Shown: positions 28,024 through 37,652, counted from the stretch's first letter. The stretch is DNA of 55,949 bases from a bacterium (GCA_023264495.1 JAHFMM010000001.1:1-55949), one strand, 5' to 3'. Translations and numbers: made by a program. Notes: generated from the letters alone by a model not told the origin.

Positions 28024-28938
28024 CTACTTCGCGAGCTGACTCGGAGAGGAGAGGACGATTTCGGCCTTGCCTTGGTAAGAAGAGATCTTGCCAGAGATTG
28101 TGACAGTTTTGCCAGTATAGCGGGAAAGGTCGCCGAATTTTTTCGCATCATCAGCGAAGATAACAGCCGAGAATGGGCAGGTCTTATAGTCCTTACAGAA
28201 ATCGAGAAAGACAGTTCCGCTCTTGCTTGTGTATGCACGCATGAGCGTGGCGTGCACATAGGCAACTTCACCGATGTGTTTTGGCGCCTCAGTGTAATCG
28301 ATAGTGCCGATAGAAACGTTCGCGGCCGCATTCGCGGCCGCGGTATTACCGGCATATGCGGTGAAGAGTTGTCGCAAGATATTCTCATAGGCCTGTCGAA
28401 GTCCGGAATCAGTTCCTATTTCGAGTATTTCATCATTTATCGTTGTTGCCGAGCTTGTCCAGTTGTAGCTCCCCGTCGCATATGCTTTCTCTGTTACGAG
28501 TGTTTTGATATGCATGATGCCGTTGCCCGTCAAATGTTTTTCAAAAACGATTGGAATACCGGCATCTTGGAGTTCTTTAAGAATTGGTGCGCCATAACTT
28601 CCTGTCGCTTGACTCATATCTAGTACGCCGCGCACATCGACTCCGCGCCCTTTTGCGGCAATAAGCGCATCAGCAACTGATGAGAGTGTGAAAGTATAGA
28701 TTGCAAAATAGATGCGATCATGAGCATCAGCAATGAGAGCTATAAGTTCTTTGTCGTTCTGTTTCTTATCGAGACTGTAGATGACACGCACCGTGCCGAG
28801 TGTTGGCGCAGTTACCGTTTGTGCTTGCACGCTCACGCATGCGCCACTTGGAGCACCCCCGCTCATGGTGTACCCGATCCCACCCGCCGCGAGCGCGATT
28901 ACCGCGACCGCTCCTACTCGCAACATCTTTTGTTTCAT
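28024..28938 (-). CDS. Secreted or anchored phospholipase D/nuclease-family protein with a C-terminal OB-fold-like domain
   Basis: Signal-like N-terminus; AIYTFT, RGVDVR, MHIKTLVTE....GSYNWT......NDE. Confidence 0.85.
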   Translation of the reverse strand: MKQKMLRVGAVAVIALAAGGIGYTMSGGAPSGACVSVQAQTVTAPTLGTVRVIYSLDKKQNDKELIALIADAHDRIYFAIYTFTLSSVADALIAAKGRGVDVRGVLDMSQATGSYGAPILKELQDAGIPIVFEKHLTGNGIMHIKTLVTEKAYATGSYNWTSSATTINDEILEIGTDSGLRQAYENILRQLFTAYAGNTAAANAAANVSIGTIDYTEAPKHIGEVAYVHATLMRAYTSKSGTVFLDFCKDYKTCPFSAVIFADDAKKFGDLSRYTGKTVTISGKISSYQGKAEIVLSSPSQLAK

Positions 28939-28958
28939 GCATCCAGTATACTGTGCGC

Positions 28959-29660
28959 ATGGCACTTGTATTTGATATAGAAACAGTCGGAGAAGCGTGG
29001 GATGCGCTCGATGAGACGACACAGCACAATCTCGCATGGTATCTCAAAGAATCGTCCCGCTCTGAAGAAGAATACGAATATGAAATGAAAGAGCTTCGCG
29101 AAGGAATGGGGCTCTCGCCCTTGACGGGATTCATCGTCGCGATTGGGGTCTATGACACCGAAACGAAAAAAGGTGCGGTGTACTATGATGCGCGCGATAC
29201 GCAGAGTGAGCCGTATGAAGAGGAGGGCATCAAGTATGAAGCGATGGGGGAGAAAGAGATGCTTGAACAGTTTTGGAAGGTTGCGGGTGTTTGCCACGAA
29301 TTCGTATCGTTTAATGGACGTGGTTTTGATGCGCCATTTCTCGCTATCCGTTCGATGGTGCACGGCGTGAAGCCGACAAGGGACCTGCTCTCCAACCGCT
29401 ATCTTTCGATGCAACGCGGGTGCACCCACATCGACCTTATGGATCAACTTACTTTCTACGGTGCGGCACGCTTCAGGAAGAGTCTGCACCTGTTTTGTCG
29501 TGCGCTCGGTATCGAGAGCCCTAAGGCAGGAGGCACGACCGGAGACGATGTCGCGGCGCTCTACGCTGCAGGAAAATATGCGGACATCGCGCACTATAAT
29601 GCTGGCGATCTATTTGCAACCGCAGCTCTTTACGAGCGTTGGCACAATACCTTGCGCTAA
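28959..29660 (+). CDS. PolB-type 3'-5' exonuclease / RNase H-like protein
   Basis: VFDIET, FVSFNGRGFDAPFL, HIDLMD, YNAGD (DEDDy pattern). Confidence 0.88.
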   Translation: MALVFDIETVGEAWDALDETTQHNLAWYLKESSRSEEEYEYEMKELREGMGLSPLTGFIVAIGVYDTETKKGAVYYDARDTQSEPYEEEGIKYEAMGEKEMLEQFWKVAGVCHEFVSFNGRGFDAPFLAIRSMVHGVKPTRDLLSNRYLSMQRGCTHIDLMDQLTFYGAARFRKSLHLFCRALGIESPKAGGTTGDDVAALYAAGKYADIAHYNAGDLFATAALYERWHNTLR

Positions 29661-29667
29661 AGAGGCG

Positions 29668-30261
29668 TTACTCTGTTACCTTGCGTGCGCGGATAGCGCG
29701 CAGATTGCGGCGGGCAATGAAAAAGAGTGCGATGATAAAGAGTGCGGCGATGGCCCAGCGCGCAGAGCCGAGCCAGCCGGAAGTCGTGTGGCCGAACCAG
29801 TATGAGATGCAGAAAAGGAGAGTTGTCCAGACGGCAGTTGCACCGGTCGCTGTAAGGATAAAGCGCGAGAGCTCTGAACGGAAGAAACCGCTTGCGGTAT
29901 AGGTCGGGAGACGTGCGCCGGGTATGAAGCGCGCGGCAAAGACAGTGAGCACGAAACGCGTCTCAAGCCATGCGCGGAATGGCGCTACTAAATCATGGTC
30001 GACATATTGCGCCAGTCGCGGATGATTGCTCGCGAGCCGACCGATGCTGTAGAGGATAAGATCGCCGAGAATAATCCCAAAGTAAATTGACCCCAGTGCG
30101 AGGTTGAAAGGGATAATCGCATCAGCAGCGAGAATACCGGCGATTATGACGGTGGTGTCCTCGAAGAAGAACACGCCGATTGCAAGGATTATCGGCAAGA
30201 GAAAGACATTCTCGCTCGCGAGACTCGTGAGATAGTGCAGTAGGGTATTGATGTCGGGCAT
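29668..30261 (-). CDS. DedA/VTT family membrane protein
   Basis: GIILGDLILYSIGR, ARFIPGAR. Confidence 0.88.
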   Translation of the reverse strand: MPDINTLLHYLTSLASENVFLLPIILAIGVFFFEDTTVIIAGILAADAIIPFNLALGSIYFGIILGDLILYSIGRLASNHPRLAQYVDHDLVAPFRAWLETRFVLTVFAARFIPGARLPTYTASGFFRSELSRFILTATGATAVWTTLLFCISYWFGHTTSGWLGSARWAIAALFIIALFFIARRNLRAIRARKVTE

Positions 30262-30332
30262 GCGGGTGCCTACAGTCTAACAGAGAATGTCATGGTTGCA
30301 GAGCGCCCCTAAGGCGCGTACCATAGGGAAAT

Positions 30333-30806
30333 ATGAAACGGCTTGGCGTCGTCGCAATCCTCCTCCTCTCCTTTTTCGGTCTGGCCGATTCGATGTATCT
30401 GGCCCAGCACGAGATGAACGGGACGCCGCTTATTTGCGATATTCAGAACCTTACCGGATGCAACATTGTCGCCTCGAGCGAATATTCAAACCTCTTCGGT
30501 ATTCCGCTCGCCGACTTCGGCATTCTCTTCTACAGCATCATTTTCGTACTCGCAATGCTTGAACTCGTCCTTTTCGATCAGCTCTTACGCCGCACGCTTC
30601 AGGGAGTGGCCTTCGTTGGCGTCCTCTCTTCGATATATTTCACTATCGTGCAAGTGTTCTTCATCGGTGCAATCTGTATCTATTGTTCCGCCTCGGCTGT
30701 CGCAGCACTCGGCATCCTTATTCTTGCAACACTCATCGAGCCGATACGCCGCCGTACCTTTTCTTCTGCTCCTCACTCGCATCTCCCGATGCCGCCGAGG
30801 GTATAG
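30333..30806 (+). CDS. Vitamin K epoxide reductase (VKOR) family protein
   Basis: C(x6)C..V..S.YS..FGIP and C-terminal CIYC redox motif. Confidence 0.9.
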   Translation: MKRLGVVAILLLSFFGLADSMYLAQHEMNGTPLICDIQNLTGCNIVASSEYSNLFGIPLADFGILFYSIIFVLAMLELVLFDQLLRRTLQGVAFVGVLSSIYFTIVQVFFIGAICIYCSASAVAALGILILATLIEPIRRRTFSSAPHSHLPMPPRV

Positions 30807-30815
30807 CCCGCGCGT

Positions 30816-31979
30816 ATGCAACCGACACGCACTACACTCCTCCTCGCACTCATCATCGGAGTCTCGTTGTCTGCGCCGCACGTGCTTGCCGCACCCGCTT
30901 CATTCTCAGCGGCACAATCCCTGAACTCGACGACCTCAGCACCGGGGAATCTCTATGTCGGCGGGACGACCGTGGTGCTCACGGCACCAGTAGCGGGAGA
31001 TTTCACCGCTCTTGGCGGATCAATCGTAACGGCTGCGCCCATCTCGGGCGATGAGCTTCTTCTCGGCGGCTCCATAACCTCGCGTGCGCGCGTGAACGGA
31101 GATTTCCGCGCCATTGCAGGCAGCATCACTATCTCTGAACCGGTGAATGGCGATGTTGTCGCCTTCGGATTGTCGGTATATGACACCGCGCGCGCCGGAG
31201 GGAGTGTCTTTATCGTTGCAGCGAACACGACGCTTGCCGGCGGCGCCGCGGGGCCGGTTACGGTCTACGGCAATAACATCGCCCTCTCTGGTGATTTCGC
31301 TGGAGATGTGCAGGTTACTGCGGGGAGCCGCCTCTCAGTCGCTCCGAACACGACCATCCACGGGAAGCTTTCCTATGAAGCTCCGGAGATGACGAAGATT
31401 CCTGACTCGGCGGTTATTGACGGCGGCGTGGCGTATACGAACGCTTCGTATCTTCCTGACCCGGGCACCTCGCGCATTCTCTCGCTCATAAGCATCGGAT
31501 TCTTCCTCATTATCCGCATCATCGGCACGCTTATTCTCGCCGGCCTCCTCGCCGGCCTCTTCCCAAAGTTTGCAGAGATGCTCGTCGGGCGGATATTCGC
31601 AGAACGCCGCCGCGATCTTCTGCTTGCGCTGCTCCTTGGCTTTGCGGTCATTGTCGCCGCGCCGATTGTTATTGCGCTCCTTTTGCTCACCTTCGTGGGT
31701 ATCGGTCTCGGACTCCTTCTCGGTATCTTGTATGCGCTCCTCGCTCTGCTCGCGCTCCTCTATGCAGGCATCACGCTCGGCGGTCTCATCGTACGATACG
31801 GCATGAAACGCGAGAGTATCGTGTGGCATGATGGCGTGCTCGGCGTCCTTATCCTCTCCTTCGTCACCCTGATCCCGTTTGCGGGGATTCCAATCGTATT
31901 CCTCCTCTCCTGCCTTTCAGCAGGCATGCTTCTCCAGGCATTCTTCCGTTTCGCATTCCTTCGCGAAGAGAATATATAA
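30816..31979 (+). CDS. Membrane protein with a bactofilin-like beta-helix and C-terminal TM bundle
   Basis: Signal peptide, repeated V.GD....GGSI units, several TM helices ending IPFAG. Confidence 0.75.
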   Translation: MQPTRTTLLLALIIGVSLSAPHVLAAPASFSAAQSLNSTTSAPGNLYVGGTTVVLTAPVAGDFTALGGSIVTAAPISGDELLLGGSITSRARVNGDFRAIAGSITISEPVNGDVVAFGLSVYDTARAGGSVFIVAANTTLAGGAAGPVTVYGNNIALSGDFAGDVQVTAGSRLSVAPNTTIHGKLSYEAPEMTKIPDSAVIDGGVAYTNASYLPDPGTSRILSLISIGFFLIIRIIGTLILAGLLAGLFPKFAEMLVGRIFAERRRDLLLALLLGFAVIVAAPIVIALLLLTFVGIGLGLLLGILYALLALLALLYAGITLGGLIVRYGMKRESIVWHDGVLGVLILSFVTLIPFAGIPIVFLLSCLSAGMLLQAFFRFAFLREENI

Positions 31980-31993
31980 CAGCGAGATCATCG

Positions 31994-32659
31994 ATGACTG
32001 TCGTATCTCATGAACGGAAGGCGCGAGCAGAGAAGCTGGTCGCCTATCTGAAGAAGGCATACCCCAAGCCGAAGAGCGAGCTCAATGCGCACACCCCATT
32101 TCAGTTTGTTGCCGCGGTGATTCTCTCGGCGCAATGCACCGACAATGCGGTGAACAAACTGACCGAAACACTTTTCAATAAATATATGACGCCTTGCGAT
32201 TTTGCCGATGCCGATCCTGATCTCTTCACCCGCGAGATCTCCTCGATCCCGTTCTTCCGCAACAAGGCAAGAGCGATCATTGGCGCCGCTAAGATGGTTC
32301 GCGATGATTTCGGCGGCAACGTCCCGAAGACGGCAGCCGAATTAATGCGCTTGCCGGGTGTTGGTTACAAGACCGCGCATGTCGTGCTTGGCGAGGCGCA
32401 TGACACCTGGGAGGGGATTGCGACCGATACGCATGTGAAGCGGTTCGCAAAGCGTTTCGATCTCACCGACCATGATGACCCTACCAAGATTTCAAAAGAT
32501 CTTGAGGCACTCATCCCAAAGAAAGACTGGAAATATGTAAACAACGGCCTTGTGCTCTACGGTCGCTATGTCTGCCCAGCGCGCAAACACGATTGCACTG
32601 ACCATCCTCTCACGAGACTTTGGCCGCCGGCCGGGCTCCGTTGGCCGAGCGCGAAATGA
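31994..32659 (+). CDS. nth: Endonuclease III (HhH-GPD) with a degenerate Fe-S motif
   Basis: ILSAQCTD..VN, LPGVGYKTA, DTHVKR. Confidence 0.93.
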   Translation: MTVVSHERKARAEKLVAYLKKAYPKPKSELNAHTPFQFVAAVILSAQCTDNAVNKLTETLFNKYMTPCDFADADPDLFTREISSIPFFRNKARAIIGAAKMVRDDFGGNVPKTAAELMRLPGVGYKTAHVVLGEAHDTWEGIATDTHVKRFAKRFDLTDHDDPTKISKDLEALIPKKDWKYVNNGLVLYGRYVCPARKHDCTDHPLTRLWPPAGLRWPSAK

Positions 32660-32669
32660 TGCGAAGAAG

Positions 32670-33512
32670 ATGGACACGAACGCTTTTCGGAGACAGGTCT
32701 GGAGATTCTATAAGATGCACGGACGGCATGATCTGCCGTGGCGGAAGACGCATGATCTCTATAGGATTTTGGTATCAGAAGTGATGCTACAGCAAACACA
32801 AGTAGATCGGGTTATTCCATTCTATAAGAGTTTCATCAAGCAATTCCCAACGGCGCGGCGGCTTGCCACCGCGCCGCTTCGCGAGGTGCTTACCTCCTGG
32901 CAAGGACTCGGCTATAACCGCCGTGCAAAGATGCTGCACGAAGCGGCAAAGATAATCGTCAAGGTAGGTGTACCGAAAGATGTCGAAGCGCTTGAACAAT
33001 TGCCGGGTGTCGGCCCATATACGGCTCGTGCGGTTGCTGTGTTTGCGTACAATCAGGACGCTGTTGTTATCGAGACAAATATACGCACGGCTATCATTCA
33101 CCACTTTTCCGCCAATAAATCTGGCCAAAGCCTGGCTTTGGCCAAGGTAAGTGATGAGGATATTGAGAAAGTCCTTTTGCGGGTATTGCCGAAAGGCCTG
33201 CCCGCCAGCAGGCAGGGAAGGTCGAGAGAATGGTATAGCGCGCTCATGGACTATGGCGCACATTTGAAGCAGCAAGGCATCTCGCATAACGCGCGCACAA
33301 AGGCATATGCCAAGCAATCAAGATTCGCGGGCTCGCTGCGCGAAGCCCGCGGAGCGATTCTTCGTGCGCTCGCGCGTGGCCCGCGCAAGCGTGCAACGCT
33401 CGAAAATCTCCTCGGCGTGCCACGCCGATTTCAGGTACAAAAAGCGCTTACCGCGCTCCTTGCTGAAGGTCTCATCTGCTCGTACCGCGGTACATTCACA
33501 CTCGGGGCATAA
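32670..33512 (+). CDS. mutY: A/G-specific adenine glycosylase, short cluster-less form
   Basis: LPWR, VSEVMLQQTQV, WQGLGYNRRA, LPGVGPYTA, ALMDYGA. Confidence 0.9.
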   Translation: MDTNAFRRQVWRFYKMHGRHDLPWRKTHDLYRILVSEVMLQQTQVDRVIPFYKSFIKQFPTARRLATAPLREVLTSWQGLGYNRRAKMLHEAAKIIVKVGVPKDVEALEQLPGVGPYTARAVAVFAYNQDAVVIETNIRTAIIHHFSANKSGQSLALAKVSDEDIEKVLLRVLPKGLPASRQGRSREWYSALMDYGAHLKQQGISHNARTKAYAKQSRFAGSLREARGAILRALARGPRKRATLENLLGVPRRFQVQKALTALLAEGLICSYRGTFTLGA

Positions 33513-33530
33513 CTGAAAAGATATTTTTGG

Positions 33531-33983
33531 TTATTGTGAAGTAATAGATTTTATTTCTATCTCTTCTCGATTTTCTTCGCTGATGTACTCGACTGTCAAT
33601 ATTTGACCCTCCTTCAAAGAGTCGTACTCATCTCTACTCACCGCTAGTTCCCCTTCGGATTGACCGATTTTTATGTAGATAAGAAATTGATGGGTAGTTG
33701 GTCTTGAAACGTACCCGACCACACCACCAGGTTGTGTATGTATTTCTTTTCGTGAAATCGTTCCTGTTCCAATATGGGTGTGTTCTCTTTCCTCTTTTTT
33801 ATCTTTTTCAATTTTGTCTTTCAAAAGATTTCCTAGTAATCCTCCAGTAGCGAGGACCCCACCAGCTACGACAATTTTCTTTAAGAAGTTCCTTCGACTT
33901 ATCCTGGTATTCTCCTCCTCCTCCGCCTTCTTTTCCTCAGGTGATAGAGGATAATAAGGTTTTCGTTTTTCAGGACCCTCCAT
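33531..33983 (-). CDS. Hypothetical membrane-anchored protein with a twin-arginine-like motif
   Basis: SRRNFLK followed by a hydrophobic helix; AT-rich. Confidence 0.7.
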   Translation of the reverse strand: MEGPEKRKPYYPLSPEEKKAEEEENTRISRRNFLKKIVVAGGVLATGGLLGNLLKDKIEKDKKEEREHTHIGTGTISRKEIHTQPGGVVGYVSRPTTHQFLIYIKIGQSEGELAVSRDEYDSLKEGQILTVEYISEENREEIEIKSITSQ

Positions 33984-34020
33984 ATGTTTTTAATGATATC
34001 ACAGCTACTTGCTAAGTCCT

Positions 34021-34404
34021 CTATATGATTCTTAAAATCAGCTCCCTGAGCTTCTCATTGGTTGCCTCATCGATTTTGAGTTGCCGTGGTGAGATGCTAT
34101 CGGTTTCAATATTGTTACTCTGTGCTGGCAAGACATACACATTTCCGCTCCGCGGATTCTTTCCTGTGACTATCTTCATCCCTTCGGTTTCAAATCTCTT
34201 GATGAGATCATCTATTGAAGTACCGTATCCTGGGAACTCTTGCTCCGTTGTTTTAATCTTGGCATATGCTTCTGGAGCGATGCCGGGGAAAGGGAGACTC
34301 TCATGACTTTCAGCAATCTCCCTAATCAACGCGATGACGCTGTTGATTCTCTGCTCTCGTTCGGTGACAGGACTCTCAACTTTATTTGGTAAACCTTCTG
34401 ACAT
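34021..34404 (-). CDS. Hypothetical protein
   Basis: 127-aa ORF; TGaTATGCT 6 nt before ATG. Confidence 0.65.
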   Translation of the reverse strand: MSEGLPNKVESPVTEREQRINSVIALIREIAESHESLPFPGIAPEAYAKIKTTEQEFPGYGTSIDDLIKRFETEGMKIVTGKNPRSGNVYVLPAQSNNIETDSISPRQLKIDEATNEKLRELILRII

Positions 34405-34433
34405 AAACAGAGCATATCACTTTTTCAAGGCGA

Positions 34434-35588
34434 CTACTTGAAATCTTTGATGCGTGCCGTTGCGCCGACTCCGGCGATAGCGACGATAGCGCCCGTAATG
34501 ACGAAGAAGAGCCGGTAGCCGTCAATAAAGAAGATGAGCGTGCCGAGGATTGGAGCAATGATGTTCGCGAGCGGCCACACGCCGCGGAAGACGCTCACCG
34601 AGACGATATTCCGTTCAGACACGCGGCGGAAGAAGTGCCCCTCAGTCATGCTCTCGATGAGCGCTGCGCCCGCACGCGTCCCGACAAGCGCCAGCACGAT
34701 GGTCGTGATTGATGACGTGCTCGAGAGGAAGCCGATGCTCATGAGCGATATACCCGCGAAGAGGAATCCGGCGAACATGAGTTCCTTGTCGCCAATGAGA
34801 CGATCGGCAATCCATCCGGCAGGATATTCGATGAGGATATAGGGAATCAGCATGATAGAGAACATCCAACCGAGCGTTGCCCACGGGAATCCGAGCGTAC
34901 CGTGCAGATAGAGAGGGACATACAGAGGAGCCCAGATATAGAAAAGGTAGAGCACGAAGTGGGCTACGGTTACCGCGGTAAGGTCGCGGTCATGCGAGAG
35001 ATGCTTGAATGTTTCTCTGAAATGAGAAAGTCTTGGTTGGACCCCTTTAGGGAGGCGCCGTTCGGTAAAGAGAACGATGAGGGGTACCATGAAGGCTCCA
35101 GCTGTGAAGAATACGTACGTATAATTGTCGGTATTCGCCAGCAGGGTTCCAATAAGAAGCGGAGCGACAAACGATCCAAGGTTCCCGCCCGTAAGGAAGA
35201 AGGTGTGCGCTCGTCCGGTAGTCCCTTCATTATCAATGGTTGCTTCAAGAAGGAGATCGAGGCCATAGTAGAGGAGCGGTTGGATCGATAAGACAAGCAG
35301 CACGAGTATGGCGCTTGCGATCGTGCTCGGCAGAGTCGCAATGGCAAAAAGCATAACCATAGCGACGAAAGAGAGGAAGAGCACCATCTTTTGCGCGCCG
35401 TAACGCCCCACAAGCGTGGGGAGGAAGAAGAAAGATGCGAGCGCAACGACAGCGCCCGCAGCGATGCCGAGCCCGATAGATGATTCGGAGATGAAAGGGG
35501 AGAGATAGGAGAGGAGCGTGTAGCTCACCAGCGTTGCTGAGATTGCAATAAAGAAATTACCAAGCGCTAAGAGTATGCGAGGATGCAT
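34434..35588 (-). CDS. MFS transporter
   Basis: About 12 hydrophobic helices; GWIADRLIGDK motif A. Confidence 0.9.
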   Translation of the reverse strand: MHPRILLALGNFFIAISATLVSYTLLSYLSPFISESSIGLGIAAGAVVALASFFFLPTLVGRYGAQKMVLFLSFVAMVMLFAIATLPSTIASAILVLLVLSIQPLLYYGLDLLLEATIDNEGTTGRAHTFFLTGGNLGSFVAPLLIGTLLANTDNYTYVFFTAGAFMVPLIVLFTERRLPKGVQPRLSHFRETFKHLSHDRDLTAVTVAHFVLYLFYIWAPLYVPLYLHGTLGFPWATLGWMFSIMLIPYILIEYPAGWIADRLIGDKELMFAGFLFAGISLMSIGFLSSTSSITTIVLALVGTRAGAALIESMTEGHFFRRVSERNIVSVSVFRGVWPLANIIAPILGTLIFFIDGYRLFFVITGAIVAIAGVGATARIKDFK

Positions 35589-35605
35589 TGCGCTTAAAAC
35601 TATAT

Positions 35606-35661
35606 CACAGCGCGCCCGAAGGGCGCGCTGTGGTACGTGTGAAGGTTAAACCTTCACACGT
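35606..35661. repeat. Two adjacent perfect hairpins (terminator-like and REP-like)
   Basis: CACAGCGCGCCC-gaa-GGGCGCGCTGTG (35606-35632); ACGTGTGAAGGT-taa-ACCTTCACACGT (35635-35661). Confidence 0.8.
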
Positions 35662-35666
35662 CTTGA

Positions 35667-37577
35667 TTACAGCCCGATAAGGACGGGAATCACCATCGGA
35701 GCCTTGTTGGTTCGTGCGAAGAGGAATCCGGCGAGGACATCCGTGAGATTATCTTTCACATAATCGAGATCGATCGGATTCATGTTATGAGTCGAATCCT
35801 CAATCGTCTTTTTTATGAGGATGCGCGCCTCGTTCAAGAGCGATTGTGACTCGCGCAGGTAGACAAAGCCGCGGCTGATGATGTCGGGCGACTTGCGGAG
35901 CTTGCCCGTCTTTAAGTTCACGCTCGCAATGATGACGAACATGCCGTCCTTAGCGAGCGACTGTCGGTCGCGAATGACTACTTCCTGCATGTCGCCGATC
36001 GTGAAGCCGTCAACGACGAGCGGAGCAGACGGGACCTTCTGTTTGTGCACGACCATCTCCTTGCCATCAACGATGTCGACGACGGTGCCATTGTCAGCGA
36101 GGACGACATTCTGCTTGGGGAATCCTGATTGCTCGACCGCCTTGGCGTGGCAGGCTGTCATCGAGCGGTAGCCGTAGCCTGGCATGAAGAACTTCGGATG
36201 CACTTGTTGGTTGATCCACACGAGTTCGCCCGAATTGCCGTGCCCGGTCGAGTGCACGTCAGAGGAGCGGTAGTGGATGATGGTTACGTTGTTGCGATAG
36301 AGGTTGTCCTTGAGCTTCTGCACCGAGATCTCGTTGCCCGGGATCACCGATGATGAGAGGACGACCGTATCGCGCTCGTTAAAGGTGATGTACTTGTGCT
36401 GCTTGGTGGCGATGCGCATCAGCGCGGCAAATTCTTCGCCCTGCGCGCCCGTGGCAAGCACGATTATCTTATTTGGCGGATAGTCGGCGATCTCTTGTGC
36501 CTGGATCAGAGTTCCTGGATTAATCTTCAGGAGTTCGGCTCGCTCGGCAATCTCGATGTTGGTTTTGATCGAGCGCCCTTCGGTAACGATTTTCTTCCCA
36601 TACTTCTCAGCAAACTGGATGATATTAATCATGCGTTCGAATTGCGAAGCGAAAGTGCCGATGATGAGGCGGCTCTGTACCGTCTTGATGATTTCCTCGA
36701 GCGTCAGAAGCACGCGCGCCTCAGGAATCGAGAAGCCGTCACGTTCGGCGTTGGTCGAGTCAGCAATCAAGAAGAGATTGTCCTCTTTGCCGATAGCACC
36801 CCAGGTCTTCTGCTCGCGCTCGGTCGGGACGCCGTCGACGTGATCGAGCTTCAAGTCGCCTGAGATGACGACGTTGCCATACGGCGTGCGGATGGAGACG
36901 CCCATCGAATCAGGGATCGAGTGCGTAACGGGGAAGAAGCGTACCTTCGTGTTCCCGATAGTGCGCTCGGTGTCGATTTCGATCTCATTAATCTCGAGCT
37001 TCGGGACATCAGGATATTCTTCTTGGCGGCGCTGGATCATGATGCTCGTTGCACGGCGCGTGTAGATCGGCGGATTGCCGAAGCGCGGGAGCGTGAAGGG
37101 GATACCTCCGATATGGTCGAGATGTCCGTGCGTGATAATGACGCCCTTCACGCGGTCAGCATTCTGTTCGAGGAACTTCGTGTTCGGGAGCGTGTAGTCG
37201 ACTCCTGGCGCATCATCTTCGGCTTTGAAATGGAAGCCGGCGTCCATGACGATAATGTCGCCGTTCACGTCGATAGCGACCATGTTGCGTCCGACCTCTT
37301 CGACACCGCCCAAGGGGACGATGCGGACGACATTTTCAGCCGGCTTCTCAGGATAGTAATCGGCGGCGCGCGGCGCGCGCGGTCCGCCGATGCCCGGTCG
37401 GCGCAGGATACGCTGGATGCGCCGCGTGGCGCTTCCTGGGCGTACGCCTCCGCTTCGCGGCGGGCGCGATCCGACTCGCCGGGGACCCTTCCGGGTGTGT
37501 GGCGTTGGTCGGGCAGGACGTGTGTGGCCAGATCGGTCCGGTGTCGGAGCGGGTGCTGGTGCTGGTGCGTAGTTCAT
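35667..37577 (-). CDS. rnj: Ribonuclease J with a Pro/Arg-rich N-terminal extension
   Basis: PLGGVEEVGRNM, THGHLDHIGG, HSIPD, DSTNA, TGAQGE, ISRGFVY. Confidence 0.97.
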   Translation of the reverse strand: MNYAPAPAPAPTPDRSGHTRPARPTPHTRKGPRRVGSRPPRSGGVRPGSATRRIQRILRRPGIGGPRAPRAADYYPEKPAENVVRIVPLGGVEEVGRNMVAIDVNGDIIVMDAGFHFKAEDDAPGVDYTLPNTKFLEQNADRVKGVIITHGHLDHIGGIPFTLPRFGNPPIYTRRATSIMIQRRQEEYPDVPKLEINEIEIDTERTIGNTKVRFFPVTHSIPDSMGVSIRTPYGNVVISGDLKLDHVDGVPTEREQKTWGAIGKEDNLFLIADSTNAERDGFSIPEARVLLTLEEIIKTVQSRLIIGTFASQFERMINIIQFAEKYGKKIVTEGRSIKTNIEIAERAELLKINPGTLIQAQEIADYPPNKIIVLATGAQGEEFAALMRIATKQHKYITFNERDTVVLSSSVIPGNEISVQKLKDNLYRNNVTIIHYRSSDVHSTGHGNSGELVWINQQVHPKFFMPGYGYRSMTACHAKAVEQSGFPKQNVVLADNGTVVDIVDGKEMVVHKQKVPSAPLVVDGFTIGDMQEVVIRDRQSLAKDGMFVIIASVNLKTGKLRKSPDIISRGFVYLRESQSLLNEARILIKKTIEDSTHNMNPIDLDYVKDNLTDVLAGFLFARTNKAPMVIPVLIGL

Positions 37578-37652
37578 AGTGATGAGTAATTATTCGGGCT
37601 TGTAATTTGTAAAATGACTATCGTTAAAGACCCGTACGAAAATAGATGCGAC

